From Perna viridis (taxonomy: Eukaryota): a stretch of DNA of 64,000 nt. The stretch is taken from contig CM074511.1 of assembly GCA_037379345.1 (NCBI GenBank), forward strand, positions 55,434,862-55,498,861. The letters are read 5' to 3'. Position 1 is the stretch's first letter, and each line of letters starts with the position of its first letter. Positions 1 to 32,394 of the stretch are shown here, one piece after another. The position numbers and the translations under genes were made by a program. The notes under the pieces were generated by a model. It did not search any database, was not told where the DNA came from, and worked only from the letters and a program-made list of their open reading frames with translations.

Positions 1-17548
<17,548 letters not shown>

Positions 17549-17629
17549 GCAGCCAGAGTTATGTTACCTTCACTACTACACAAAGAATTGGTGGTGTCTA
17601 GATCCAACTTCCTACCTTCTAATCATATA

Positions 17630-17774
17630 TCAGAATATTCTTATATTACTGACATACATACCACATTGTCAGAACTGTTCTTACATTACTGACTTACATA
17701 CCACATTGTCAGAACTGTTCTTACATTACTGACTCACATACCACATTGTCAGAACTGTTCTTACATTACTGACT
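17630..17774. repeat. 40-bp tandem repeat, ~3.6 copies, in ROCK 3'UTR
   Basis: unit ccacattgtcagaactgttcttacattactgacttacata. Confidence 0.92.
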
Positions 17775-20700
17775 AAGGTAGACCATTTTATATTTCAAGT
17801 TGAATAATCATAGTGTACCATTTCATATTTGGATTAAATATGCCAGTATTAAGGCAAATGTGTTCTTGATTTAGTTACTCAATTTTACTACTCTAACTAT
17901 AGTGCTTTGTAAACTTGTGCTATGACATTATTAATCATATTTACCATATATCTGTTTTATCGAAGGTGCTTTTCCACAAATTATTTTTTGGATGCTAGTT
18001 AAATAATATAGATATCAGAAAAACTAACCCCTATATAATGCAATAAAATTGTCTGTCTCTATCAACAAATCATTCTGATGCTAGTCATATTGTTAACAGT
18101 GTTCATTCCAAATCATTATAACGATGTTGTTCTTAATTGGAGTATTGTCTCTGAAATAAAAATGAAAATAAAATGGAAATTAATTGATTTCTTATCTTGA
18201 AATAAATAATATGTCAAAAGTATTTTTGCCATTACTTGTTTTAGAGGTAAAAGCTAACCATGTAAGTTATGATTTATTTTTATTGTGTCGATTACAATAA
18301 TCAAAAGGCTTCAGTTATCCCAGATCAGTACATGTATTGAGATATTATCATATATTTATTGGTGTTTTTTTTTCTACTGTTTATTCTTTTGGTTGTGAAT
18401 TCAGTGATAACAGAAGCAAAGATCTCAACAAACTTATGAAAACACATGGACCAAATGTGTAATGAAAAATACTATTAAAATATCTTTCTACTGCTATCAA
18501 GAAACTCTCTTTTAATGGCAATGAATCAAAAAGTATATTTTTTCTTAATTTTCAATAGTGTTGCAGAGTGTAGTAAGTAGATGGCATGAACATCTCATTT
18601 TTTGGTCTTTTTTAGAGGGTAATATCAGAATTAGAATGAATAGTGAATTGATAGATTGAAATAAAATTTAAAGTTAGATGCTAGAATTATTACAGAACTG
18701 ACTAGATTAGGTCCATTAAGATATGAAAATGTTGCTAGTTAATTTTACTGGAACATAGAATGGAATGAGTTTAGGTTTAGAGTAATTGTTAGTCTAGATA
18801 TAAAGAATCTCTTCAGTAATGATATTTATTTATAATATTTTATTGTATTTGTTTATGGCTTATGATTTATACAATATTACTTGTCATCTTAATAGATATC
18901 ATGTTCCCATCACTTAGGATTACTTAATCTATTACTATGACCTCTACTCACAGTAAACTTCAGTAAAAGTTTACTTTAGGGACAAGGCAAAGAAACTAAC
19001 ACAATTAAACCATTTAAAGTTAATGTCTTGGTGTTAAGGCCATTTTTCCTGAGAAAGGGACACATTTTTTTTTACCAGTACCAAGTCCGTGATAAAGATG
19101 TGTTTTATAATGTTCATAGCTGGAAAGAAATTGCATGAGGTGCTTTTTTTGTTTTTATTTTGGTAACATGGAAATATAAATGGATAATGAGGCACCATTA
19201 AAAGAGGAATAGACCAAACACAACACAATTCTTTATTCTCGAAAACCAAACAATGGAAACCTGAGAACCAAGATATTATATTTGGCTTAACGACGAAAAA
19301 CATTTTACGTGCTGTTAACTAATATTGTTATTCATTTTAATCCATTATAGTGCTAGATAATTCATATTGCTTAAAAGTGCTGAGTTCCAATAAACCAATA
19401 TATATATTTTTTACATTCATATATACCTGTTATGTTACTGGTCTTTGACATGTATAATGTGTAAATAAAAATATGTAAATACACAGCATGTAAATATACA
19501 TGTGTATATACTGACAGTGTGTGTATGTGTGTACAATAAGCAATATCTATGGTGCTGAAATGTAAAAGTCATTTATTCACGCTCACTACTAGGTTGTACA
19601 CAATAATCTTATTACTGATATATGATATTATAAATCAGGATTCAAATCCTTACTACAAATCTATAGAGTTCAGTTGATTTCATCTCTTTTTTCATTTTTT
19701 CCAGTTCTGTCTTAAAAATCTAAGCAGACAGACGATATAGCTGAAGAAACTGTAAGGATTGTTTTCAGATCATAAAATTTTTGTATTTTAATGTTTCGTT
19801 TTTGTTTTTTTTTTGTTTTTTTTTGTTTTGAATTTAGAAATATATTTAAAATGATTTACTTGTATTTGCTGTTTGGAAAACTGCTGTATAGAGATAATGT
19901 TTAAGGTAAGTCCTGGATACTGAAAGTAATGAAGAGTTATTATTCATTTATTTATTAACTCCCTGAGTTTCATAACGCTATTAAATAAATATCTTCCTTC
20001 ATACTTCAAGTCCCAAGATATCTTGTACATGATTGAAATGGATTTTGAAATTTGTTAAAATGGGTCTTATATAAGGTTTAAGTTGTGTGCTTGTGTATGA
20101 AAATCTTATGCATCTAAACATATCATGATTTATCCTGACCTGTAGTATTATGAAGGCCATATCAAGTTATTTGATTGGTTGTTGTCCTACCTGTATATTA
20201 GCTTCTAACCAGGTAAGAAGATAATCTACCAAATAACTAAAGGCTTGCCCAAAAATTGCTCACTTTCCAATAGGGTACTTCAGTATCATTCCAATTATCT
20301 CCTTTGAACTGCTGCTAGTACACATATATCTAAAAACACTATTGTTTACAACTGTATACACATTTTCATGGAATGCCAAGGTCTTTCCCCATTTTCACAA
20401 GAAATAAATTCAGAGTTTGAAGAGAGGCCTTACAGAATACATGTATTTCACCCTGTGTTTTAGCTTGCTTTGTATGTTTTTTTTTTTCTGATTTTTTTTT
20501 ATAATAAGTTGGTTAAGTGGTGGTTAAGATTAGAATAATTTTTATAATGTCTAACAGAATTCAGAATAATTGCATTACTGTTACAATACATTCCAAAGGA
20601 GGTTCAAAATTTAAAATAACTTGGTATTGTGGTATAAATTAATATGCTGCTTACTTCAGTACACTTTAAATGTCAAAGAGTGAGTTACACCAATTTTGCA

Positions 20701-21253
20701 GGAAATTATTTATGAAAAAGTGACATAAGTTGAGCATTCAATTTGTTAATGGTTTTGAACGTTGATCTTATATTGTGATGGTCCTATAATATGTAATTAT
20801 ATGCATGTTTAACTGATGTATCCTGTACTGAACATTCCTATATAGAGAACACTGCTATTAAATGCTTTATCACTGCAACATACCAGGAGAAGTTTGTTGT
20901 ATCTTTCATTACATATTGCTAGATTGATACCAAATTGCATGTACTAGTATTTCTTTTTAACTTAATGCAAGTCAAGGTTTTAGGGCATTGTGGTTTAAAA
21001 AAAAACTTGCATAAAGAATGCTGTCAGAAATATTTTAGGATTTGGAAATTTAAAAGAACAAACTTCTGGTGGTCCTGCATAATCTGGGGTATTTATGTTT
21101 GTAAACTATTTTGTCATTATAATGTATATTATGGTGTAAATATCAATGTACTTCCAATGCTTGTTTCTAATGGCATCATTTTTTATACCATGTGACACAT
21201 GTATCCATATATTAGCAGATTTGTCTGATCATGTTTTTCATATCAGATGCAGG

Positions 21254-21267
21254 AATAAATAAATAAA
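21254..21267 (+). terminator. polyadenylation signal cluster (overlapping AATAAA x3)
   Basis: aataaataaataaa followed ~20 nt later by gtctcttgttttcttt. Confidence 0.6.
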
Positions 21268-21409
21268 ATGCTAATGATGAATCGTCTCTTGTTTTCTTTT
21301 ATACTTCGTTTTCTTTACAATTTTTTTTGGGGGTGGGGTTGGGGGGGGGGGGGCTTACATCACTTAGTTAGTCTCTTCTTGTTTTAGAAGAACTTTTTGA
21401 AGTTATATA

Positions 21410-21970
21410 TTGCTCACCTGGCCCAATAAGCCAAGTGAGCTTTTTGTCTGTAAACTTTTCTTCAAGTTTTAGTTTACAAATTATTATGAAACTTTACATT
21501 AATGTTATGTATGGTATCCTGCACAAAAATTGCGTTTGGAGTGTTATCCGTGAAAAAAAAAGGCCACCATGTCTATTTATAGGACATGATGGTCATTACA
21601 CATATTTCAAAGGATACCTCAAAAACTGTGAAAGAGAGAAAAAAAATGAAAGACATTCCTTTCTTCAGTTTGAAGAGCTCTACAAAAGTTTCCTTGAGGT
21701 CAAAATTGTAGGGCAATTCTTAATTAGAGTTATTGTGAAACTTTCATTGATAAAATGATCCTTATTATCAGCCCTACAAAAGATACTATTGTTACCGCCC
21801 TCGAATGTCAAAAAAGATTTTTTTCACTATTAAGTAACCTTGGCCTAAAAGGTCGCGTGACTTTTGTCATCACTAAGCATCCGATGTCGTCGTCGTCGTC
21901 TGCCGTCCTTTGTTAACTTTTCTTTAAAAAGCTCTGAAACCACTCAGTGGATTATTACCGAACTTGGTCA
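21410..21970 (+). mobile_element. two adjacent HINE-like 5' fragments
   Basis: gctcacctggccc..gccaagtgagc hairpin; second start ggcctaaaaggtc..catcac..(gtc)n..gttaacttt. Confidence 0.55.
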
Positions 21971-22217
21971 ACAGCAACAATTAAAATTAAATCGATTATA
22001 AACATGGTCACCATTTTTTAAACCACAGGTGTCAAAATAGGTGCACAGAGGCATTATGTGATGTAGAATGTGTGAAAGTTTCATTAAGTTACATTCAGCG
22101 GATTTAGAGGAGTTGCGGTTTAGAAGTGGTGAAGGAGGGACAACATTATCACTATATACCTCCCTCTTTTCAAGAGAGGTTTTAATAAGTGAGGGACAGT
22201 CTGTGTGTCCATTACAC

Positions 22218-22945
22218 TTTTTATACGACCACAAAAGAAAAATACGGTCGTATAATATGGCGCAGTCGTTGTAGGCGGCGTCGTCCAGGGACACTTTGTT
22301 TCCGTGCGATAAATTTAGTTGCGGTTGAGCAATTGTTCTGAAATTTTGAGATAATTTTACTTACTACTATTGGAAGGTTATTATTTAAATTGGACTTTGT
22401 GGCCCCTAACGGTTTTTTTAAAAGAGGCCAAAAAGGATAAAAATAGCCCATGTAGAATGTTTGGGGTTTTTTCGATTTTAATTTTTTTTATTGTGTTCCT
22501 TATTTAACTCTGGTAAACAAATGTAACAGCAGATTTTATGTGTCTTTGGGCCTTTTTCAAGTTATAAGGGGTCACCAAAAAAAAATTAAATTGTTTTTTT
22601 TTTATATTTTTGGTCCGATTTCGAAAAAAATGGATTTCTCATTTTAATCCCTGCCTGCGTTTTTTTTTTGTTCAATCAGATGTCAGATATCTCAAGGTTT
22701 TCCAGTTATAAGGGGTCTAACGGACCACAACCGAAAAAAATCCACTTTTTATTTTTGGTCTGATTTTGAATATTTTAGATTGAATTTAAAAGTCTGTGCA
22801 ATATAGTGTCAAAACCATTTGTTGTGTCCATAACAAATTGTTAGTCCTTATGCTTAAGAGTCTCAAAAACAAATATTGTGTCCACACTTGCGCCAACTGA
22901 ATTCGACCACTACGGTCGTATCATGTTGCGCTCGGTGAATCTTTT
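22218..22945 (+). mobile_element. HINE-like element
   Basis: ttttatacgacc...ggtcgtata 5' IR, cgtcgtcc microsatellite, 3' subTIR ggtcgtat at ~22914. Confidence 0.7.
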
Positions 22946-24024
22946 CATGTTGTTACATATTTCGCAGCTTTTGTTGAAGGGAATGCTTACATATCTGCTT
23001 TTATTATATGCTTTTGCATGATGACTTATGTGTTAATGTGTCTCATCTTCCTAGGTTTGACTGAAATGGTTGAGTTGAGTATTCATAGCACAACTAAGCT
23101 ACAGATACTGTATTCTCCTGGCATTAAGTCTATTGGTGTCAGCTAAATATATATATATATATATAAAAGATTCAAGAAATCAAAATGGATGTTGCGTTTA
23201 TTTTTTAACACGGGAATAAGAATGCTTATAAAACATGTAATAAATTTAATAAAAGAATGAATTATGGCAGATATCAGTCAAAGCGATCCTTTGATGTTTT
23301 CTCTGAAAAAAAAATATACTACTTTGAAGAATGTTCATACAAACTTTCCAGCAGGATCGATCAGAATCAGTAGGGATGATCTTAAGTCATGATAATAGCA
23401 AGCCTGTAATATATACATATATAACCATCCTTGACTAGTTAACACATTTAGTTTAGGTCTCGCAATCCAAGTTAGGAAAATGTGTATACATAATATTCCA
23501 AACTTTCTTTTCATCACTGCAAATGCACAATTTCAGACCCAAATTAGGAGTTATGGTCAATAAAACGTCAAGTTCTTTCGTTATGGCATATGTTTTGATA
23601 GACGAATAAATCATTAAAATCATAAAACTGCAATCATGGAGAATGGACTGTCATTGCGTGTGTGATTTGCAGATTAGAAATGTGCTCTCTGGAGTATTTA
23701 TTTCTTTATTACTGTAGATAAGTGTTGTTTTGCTAACGCAGCGTTTTAAAGCTCTTGAGTCTTTCTCTCAGGTTTTCTCATACGTCATATGAAAGTTACT
23801 ATTTATTCTACATACCAAGGGAGAAATTGTATTGGCAAAGAATCTATCCAAAGCATTATAAAGTATAGACCATCCTTTAAGATCAGTAATGATAAGTTTT
23901 TTTAAGTGTTACCAACAGAATCTGCAGTGGGACTACAATCTATATGTTCTTTAGGCAAATGTGTTTCTTTGCAATTGTCACTCTGTTGATGAGAGAAAGA
24001 GAGATTGAGGCAACACAGTATAGT

Positions 24025-24200
24025 GGGTCCCCAGTTTTTAGTTGAGTACATTCGGGTTGCTCATTTGCTTTTGTTTTTTTTTTAACATGTTACCTAGGTT
24101 ATTTCATGTTCTTTGTTGTGTGTGTATTTCCCTTGTATAGTTGTAGTCTTTTAATTATATTCTATTGATTACCGTTCAAATTCTGGTTCTCTTCATCTTC
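24025..24200 (+). mobile_element. truncated 3' tail copy of the Penelope-like family
   Basis: cccagtttttagttgag..gttgctcatttgcttttg..ttcatgttctttgttgtgtgtg..ttctggttctctt. Confidence 0.65.
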
Positions 24201-25284
24201 CCATCCAGTTTTATGCAATAGAACAAAATTGATATTGTTATTGTAAAAGAGATCAATTGTATTTCAAAAATATTGTTTTTCATGTTACAGTTTTGTAGTG
24301 TATTTTAGTTCTAAAGTTTCCCCCAAAACAATATCAAGTGAATTCATAAAAAAAAAACTTGTTTGCATCCAAAGAGAGCAGGCAACGTAGAGAGACCTAC
24401 AAATAACACAATTCAATTCAAGTGATAGACAGTATATAAAACAATCATACAAAAATAAAATAAAATGAACACATACATGTTGGTCTCCTAGAACTTGAAT
24501 ACAGGAATACCATTTGGAAAAGTATGGATGAGTATGATACTCTATGATACAAAAAAAACAAGCAAACAAAAACCAACAAACCAACAAATAAAACAAATGT
24601 CCACGGTGTGTTTCTCGAAAAACGTTTAAAATTAATGCTGTCCTGGCTGTAAATACGAACACGCATCGTAGATAGTATGTTCACTGTTACATACGTAAAA
24701 CCTTGCGTACATCTTTACATAGTATAGTTATTTTCTGAATGACCTAGTCCATTTGTCACTTATTTAAAAAAAATGTGTTCTTTATTCAACCACACTATCT
24801 TCGTGCAAAAGGAACGAACTTAAAGTCAAGAAATAACTGCAAATATGTCACTAACATTGAATACTTGACTAATGTGTTTGTTGCCTATTTCATTATTTGC
24901 AGTACTAACACAATAATATGTGAAGTTGGAAGCATTAAATTAGCAACTAATTTATTTTGCTTCACGATCCTCCAAGCCTTTAAATCGTGATTTAATAAAG
25001 TTCAAATCTTCTAGAAATTACCAAGAGAGTTCCATTGATAAATTTCCATGACAACATTTATCATGTGACTGTTGTACGAAATCATTATCTAATAAAGAAG
25101 CATAGCACCAATTCAATGGAGAATGAACATTTGTTTTGGCATCCCGATTGTTATTTTTCCATCGTTTGAAAACATGTATACGTCACTTAAATGGGGTAAT
25201 AGCTGATATTACGACGATTTATCTTCCTAGTTTTTAGTCTTATCTTAAAAATTCTAGAATGCTGTACTCCGTCAGGGACATTAA

Positions 25285-25535
25285 GCTTCACTGCTGTCTG
25301 TACATGTATTCCGTTTTTAGTCGTCGGGGACATCACTGTTGTCTGTACATTCTGCTGTATCCCGTTTTCACTCGTCGGGGACGTCACTGCTCTCTGTACA
25401 TATATTCCGTTTTTAGTCGTCGGGGATGTCTGCTGTCTGTACATGTATTCCGTTTTTAGTCGTCGGGGACTTCACTGCTGTCCGTACATTCGTTGCGTTT
25501 TTAGTCGTCGGGAACTTCAATGCTGTCTGTACATT
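25285..25535. repeat. ~45-bp minisatellite, ~5.5 copies
   Basis: unit cactgctgtctgtacatgtattccgtttttagtcgtcggggacnt. Confidence 0.9.
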
Positions 25536-28304
25536 CGATATGCAGTTTGATTTTGTTGGGTTGTAGCTTATTGGTTTGTATATTTTCTGTTCTTGTTTGT
25601 TTGTTTGTTTTGTCTTTTTCGTTTATTGTTTTGTTGTTGTTGTTTGTTTGTTTGTTTGGTTTTTTTTCGTATCTGTTTGTTTTTTTAATTTTCGTCTCAA
25701 CAGTCTCAATTTACTTAAAGGGAATGATTTGTAATTTTGTATGCAGCTTCAGCTTGATGAGTTTCAGCGCGCAGAAGTTTTTCAGCCGATTTTATTTGGG
25801 TTTATCATGTTTTCAACTTTCCGGCTTGGTCGAACGGTCACTTCTTGTCTGCCGAACGTTTTTTTTTCTTTTAAAAATGTATGTTCGTTGTTTCCGACAT
25901 TTTTGTTTAAAAAAATCTCCGCAAAGCGTTAAGAGAATGATTTGAATTTGGCACGAATCCTCACCTTAATAGCTTGTACAATGTGTATTTGTTTTGGTGA
26001 GACCGCAAACTTAAAACTTAAACTTGAAGCTTCAGTTTAATTGATTAAAGTTGAGACCCCTGAAAATTGCTTCTCTCAATTCTTGTGTTTTTATATCATA
26101 CATTGGAGGGATGGCGCGTTTCTTGTCTAATGAATACTTTCTCATAATTCATTTCAATCATTTTAAGGGAAAGACTTATTTTGCTTTCCAAATGTTCTTC
26201 GATTTCTACAGTATCGTCTGCCTTTGACAACATTTGATATTTCTAGTCATTAACCGAAACAGTTACTACTATTGGGCAAATCCTCGGACAGACGGTAACC
26301 AAAAACTGAACTGTCAACTCCTATTACAGCTATGATCAATGGTCATTTTATTCTTTTTTATAATACACGCCGACGACAGAGAAAATATTTGGATGGTGAC
26401 CGGTTTTTACGGTTCTCTGGTAACTTAATCTGTATCGGCTGTTGCACAATAGTGATCTATACATAAAAACAAACTGTTTGCACTCCAAGGAATTTAGTAT
26501 CGTCAGTATTCTTAATATATTGTGGTTATCGATCACTAGCTTGTCTACGCAGTTCGAAATTGATACATACGACCAAGTTAATTCGCCTATCTAAGAAAAT
26601 ACCGTGACTATATTCCTTTCAAATTCCTAATTACACAATAATTACTAATCATTTTGTGCGTGTATAACATGACCCGGCATTACCAGAACATGACGATCAA
26701 TTGATATTTCATGTTTGCTTTTTCATTTTGTGAAGTTTGTTTGCTTCCACTTACATTGTTTAATTATAATTTACTCTAGCTTTGTTTTTGTCTTTGTATT
26801 CTTTTCGCAACTCAAGTTTACTAATCTGTGTTTTGTGGGATGTTATGGACCGTCCGCACGAGACACGAAAGGCTAGTCAAAATCGTTAGCTAATGATTAC
26901 ATTGTCTCAGTGTTAATTATTTGACTGTGTATCATTCCGATTGCCTTGATAACAATATGAACCCATGTCATTACAGTAATTAATTAGATACACGACAGTG
27001 GAGTATGGTAAGTATAAATAAACACTTTAGTATGTGTTGGTAAAATCTCAGCCGCGACAAACTTTGAAGCAAGAGAAATGATCGTGAATGAAGTATGTTA
27101 GGGATAGTGAACGGCAGTTTTTTCTCTCATTTTTCGACAATTTCTGCAAAACTATAACTTTTAAAAGAAATTTTCAAGTAGTCTGTCAAAATGATTACTT
27201 TTTGCATAAGATAGAAAGTAATGAGTCTTTTATTTTGATTTTTAGAGAACACTTTTTACCAGCAATATGAAATGTTGATTTTTTTTTCATTATTGTAATA
27301 ATAAGTATATTAACATCTTAAACTTTGTAGGACAAATTGTTGCACTTCACAATTTCTGAAAAAAAATGGGTTTTCACTTCATAGCTCGAGTTATATAAAA
27401 AGTCATGTAAAAAAAGCAGAAGACGCTTATTCCGCCAGGTGTCTCTCTCTGGGTCTATGCGTCATAGTTTCCGAGAGTCAGTTTTACTCATTTTATTCCA
27501 GTTTTCTGTTTACTTGTGTTTGGTAATTGTATTGACTATTTTTATTATCTTTGCATTCTATTAATTTCATAAAAATCTCAATTTGAAGTTTTGCTCAAAT
27601 CTTAGAATTTTTTCTCACAACTTCAGTGTCATGGAAATTTGAGTTGACGAACGATTTTAGACACATCTCATTTGTATGAAAGCAAACCCAGACTGCATCT
27701 TCGTCCCTGGACTTTAAAGTTCTGTAAAGCATCAGCCATGGTTTTCGCCGTCCCAATTTCTCGTGCTGTTTTATTGCACCGTATTGACATACGAGTTATT
27801 ATTGCATCGAAAATGACTATTAGTCGCTTGGACCTTATAGCACATAGCTACCTACAGATATGGCAAATAAAGACTTTATTGACCATTGATTGTGTTTCTC
27901 TGAAAGTCTACGCTTCACAAATGTAACCCTATTAAAGGTTCCATGCAAAGTTGTGTACTTAAAATGGCGATGTTAAATAAAACATCAGACCACATTTATT
28001 ATAAATACATGTACCAAAAAAAAACTGTAAGGCGGATTAATCAACATCTTACGCCATACAATTTAGAGATTATGTAGTTAATTAACATAGAAATTGGCTC
28101 CTGATAAGACAGAATCTCCAACGGCCTTGCATACCACGGAACATGCAGAGAATTCTGTGTGACGTCTATTGCCATTGACGCAATCTAACATTGTTTACTG
28201 ATGTACGACCTTGCCTAATCACCACGTGACAAATTTGAATAATTGCAGCAATGGGTTAATTATTTATGAATATACAAATTAAACAGAGAAAATACTTTTT
28301 GTCG

Positions 28305-28600
28305 AAAAAGGAATCAAGAGAACCAATATTCTAGCGAAAGCCAAAAGAATGTAATCCAGGAAAAAAGACCAGATATTGAAAACAGACAAACACAACCAAG
28401 AACATAAAGTATCCAAAATAATACATACAAAGTAACAAAAGTAAATGAGCAACTTGGACTCCACTAAAAACTAGGAGCAGGTGCACCGGTAAGGTAAGCG
28501 TCCTCTGTTTTTATAGGAAGACCCAAAAAGTTGCTCATAAAAAGTCAAGTCCGGGGTAGACGAAAGAGGAAAGGAAAACTATGACACATTGAACAAATCA
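28305..28600 (-). mobile_element. 3' tail copy of the Penelope-like family
   Basis: Reverse complement match: aaatgagcaacttggactccactaaaaact..caggtgcaccggtaaggtaagcgtcctctg..aagtcaagtccggggtagac. Confidence 0.75.
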
Positions 28601-29009
28601 GTTTTAAAGCGTTATATCACTTGTGTATTTTATATTATATGTATGTGGATTGAAAAGTGCATGCGTGTGATTTATGAAAAATAGGACAAGGATAACACTA
28701 ATAATGTACAATCGTAGATACAATTATTAATCGATTATATACTGTAGCAATGGTGAAACTCTCAATGTGATATTTTTCATAAATGATAAATATATAAGGT
28801 CATTTTAACCTTTAAGCGACATCAGCTATTTTTTAGACAACACGCTTGATATCGCTACCGATTAATCCGTTGTGGTCAGAAGTACTCGTGACACCTTCTT
28901 TCCAAGCTTCCAGTAGTGGAAATAACTACATGTTTTAAACAGACGTTTAAACTATCATTTCTTTCTTAATCACGTTAAAGCAACTAAAAGTCGAGTTCTG
29001 TTTCGGAAG

Positions 29010-29150
29010 AGGGAGGTTCAGTGCGCTGTAAAACCTAGATTTAACCCACCATTTCGTTTGAAATACCTGTACCAAGTCGGGGCCATTGCGGTACCAATTG
29101 ACTTGATTATGGATCAGATAAGTGTTCGGTAATTTGTTTGTTACCCTTAT
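29010..29150 (+). repeat. dispersed repeat, copy of 352-532 family
   Basis: tttaacccacc..aaatacctgtaccaagtcggggccattgcggt..ggtaatttgtttgttaccctt. Confidence 0.6.
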
Positions 29151-32100
29151 TCCATATTGGTCAATATTGAGTTTACTCGTATATAGTTATATGCCAAAGT
29201 TAAGGAAAAATAGATGCCCACAAGTACGTGCAGCCATTGTTATCAATTTGTAACCTCGTGACATAAATCATGGTTACCAATTCTTTGAAAGACATTTTTA
29301 GTATTAATGAAATTTCTCTTTCTCACAAGATCTCATTCTCCAAAAAATCAATCAGAATGAATAATGTATTGAATGTCTAATCTCTAACAAGTGTTACCTT
29401 CTGTTCTGAATTATGTAACACGGAACAGATTCGTATTATTGTCAAATCACAGAAATTACTGCATAAAAAATTCTGAAACGAGATGACAAACATTGTATGA
29501 CAGACAGACTTAAACATAGTCAACAAAGATTTGAGATAATCGAAAATAAGACAGTATCTATAATATAAGAAAGATAGTTAAGTTTTATTCTTAGAACAGA
29601 ATTAAAGAGTACTTGTATCATCACGAAGCAACATGTGTTGGCTACACTTAAATCCTGGATATGTTATGTTCTTGCTGCAGTTTTATATTGGTTTCAATAT
29701 ATATGGCAACGCTGATTTGTCATATTTTTGCACTTTATTTTCAAAATAAACTTTCTAGAGAGTACCTGGAAACAAGAAATTCTTCAGTATGCTTACAATA
29801 TTCGGAAAACATGTAATATCTTTATAAAGGTGTGATGCTACTTCATGTATCTCTGTATGTCGCTGTATATATTTAAGAAAAAAATCTGAGACTGAAACTA
29901 GAAAACATAACTAAACTGTAATAAAGTGTGTGAGACTATGGACACCACCTTAACCAGAAGGGTGTAGCTTTTGTGCAAGTTATTCAATGACTTCTGCCAC
30001 ACAGGCTTAAATACTTTGATGAGTGTAAAGAGCGTACAATTCATGACGTAATCTACCCTTTACTCCAACTCGATTGGAATGATTCATGAGTGCAGGGGAG
30101 AAGATCGATTTCTGCAAAATGAAACATGTTGCTGATCATTAAAGCGTGTATCGATAAACGCCAATAGCTCTAATATTAAATACCCTAATTAAAACGATGA
30201 ATACATAACCTTAGGTATGACTTCGAGCTACGTCAATACTTGTTCAGTTACGGAGTTACGTAATTTGATGCAGATGGTTTATTTCGCCGTTAATTCGATT
30301 TTACATTACTGAAAATGAAATTAAGATGTATTCTGTCAAAGAATAATAGTTTTAATCGATAGGCCAATACTAGGATTGTAGAAACTGGAATTTAAATTTA
30401 TACTATCGACAAATCGAAATTTGACTTACTTTGAACTGGCATGGGCTATATAAATTCACATGAAATGCTCAAAATCATATTTGATTTCTTGTAAAGTTAA
30501 CAGTTGATCACGGATGCTCGAGATCATTCAACGAAACGGGCTTCTAAATACCATACCAATATTGTAAAAGCAAAACAAACATACTAGATTTAAAGATACT
30601 CTTATATACCAAACGGTGTCATTGCAGGTCTTATATTCTCTTTACGCTCTAAACACCTTCCCTCGATTAATTACATGCTGTACTTTTGTGTTATATTTTG
30701 ATCTCCTTGAATTCTAGTAAAGGAACTCCCAGAGTTGTGCTGTTGCCATTCATTTTGTAAAAGGAGCAACTACTTTTTTAAAAGTTGACCGACAAAAAAT
30801 CAAAAACCCACTATCAATATTCAATTTGCATGAACGTTTAATTCTACAGGTTTTGAATTGTCTGAAGTATAATGGTGTATGTAGACCTTAGATTTACTGG
30901 CCCATTTTTCATACTGACCGACTCAAAAATAGGGGCCAAAATAACCAGGGTTGTGGATTGATTCTCAGAACGATTGTATACAGACCCTAAAATCAAACTT
31001 TGTCCGATTCGGATGTTAGATATTTAGGATAATACTGTACACAATTGTAACAGAATGTCTGATATATGCGGTCAATTTTTATCAACATGGTTACAAAGCA
31101 AAGATTGAAATTTTCTGATTTACAAAACAAAAATGTAGGCTTTTGGAAAAGTGTTGACTACTATGACAAATTATCTGTCCAATTTTACAAAATGGCAGTT
31201 GAAAATTAAGGTCCAATAAATAACTTTGTCCACATTGCATTTCAATTTGTATTTATTTTTAGCCGAAACATAAGGATGTATTTTTAAATCAATAATGACA
31301 GCCAGTTGGGGCCAAATTTCTAATCTGTACAAAAATCTTTTATTAGGCTATATGTACTTCTAGTTAAAAACGTTCATTCGGAGACTTATTTTGTCACAGT
31401 TTGTTACCTCCAAATGACCACGAAGACAAGCCAAACTTAACATGTTCTAATGTCAAACAAAAATTAATAAAGCTTCTGGATTTTATGAAAGAGTCTTTTT
31501 TTTCCTTTTTGGGGACTATTTAAAGCATTGCGTCACCGACACAAGATTTCTTGTTTATTTCGGGTTTTCGAAACTTTTTCCAGACTTGATATCTGACCCC
31601 CAGTAAGGGTTTTAAATCAAACGGCTATTGTTTCCCTTAATCCACTTGAGCAACATGCAATAAATTGTTGTGATCAAAATGCCAAAATAATACTAATGTA
31701 TCAGTTACAGGCAAGGAGACTTCACATATGCAATTAGTCTTTGAAACCACGATATCCCGGGCATGGTATATACACACTATTGTGAGTCATACATTTAATA
31801 CAAAAGAAAAGGAATCAAGGTTTCGTACGCAACTGAGTCAGTGAGATGTTTGCAGACACAAAATACGTGGAAAAAATATACTTCATTTTATTTAACTTGA
31901 AATAAACAAAGCAACATGTAATTTTGATTCACCCTTTTGGTAAATTGCATTAGTGAAAGCATTATGTAGTTCCTCTGTAAGTTAAGTACCGATTACGGTA
32001 CGGTTGTGACTGCACCTCAGTATTGTTTAAAGAAAAGAAACGAAATATACAGCGCATAACTCGAAATGAATGCAAGTGATAAAGATGCCATTTTTTATGC

Positions 32101-32394
32101 TAAATAAAATTTCACGAACAAGTGTTAAACTGTTTTGGTAATGATTGCATGGCGTATGGATACATATGGACAATAAATAAATGAATGGTATTATGCTGAA
32201 CACATTAACCTTTATAGGTGCAGCAACGGGAAGCTAGAATACGGATTCTCTTCCAATATGGCACGGCACTTCCGACACGACTCATTCAATCCCTTGGCCA
32301 CATTCACACGGACTTTTGCTCATGGATAATCCAAGTAATGCGAGTGAAACTGGAAGCTAATGTAAATCCGCATCACGAAATATTTCCTCGATTT

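Larger units (their letters stand above)
17549..21280 (+). other. probable long ROCK 3'UTR
   Basis: AU-rich, largely transposon-free stretch ending at clustered AATAAA followed by a GT/T-rich tract; inferred, no transcript data. Confidence 0.55.

Noticed and set aside
25187-25945. ORFs of 85-141 aa with repeats or hydrophobic runs
   Set aside because: Translations of the 45-bp minisatellite and GTTT low-complexity DNA
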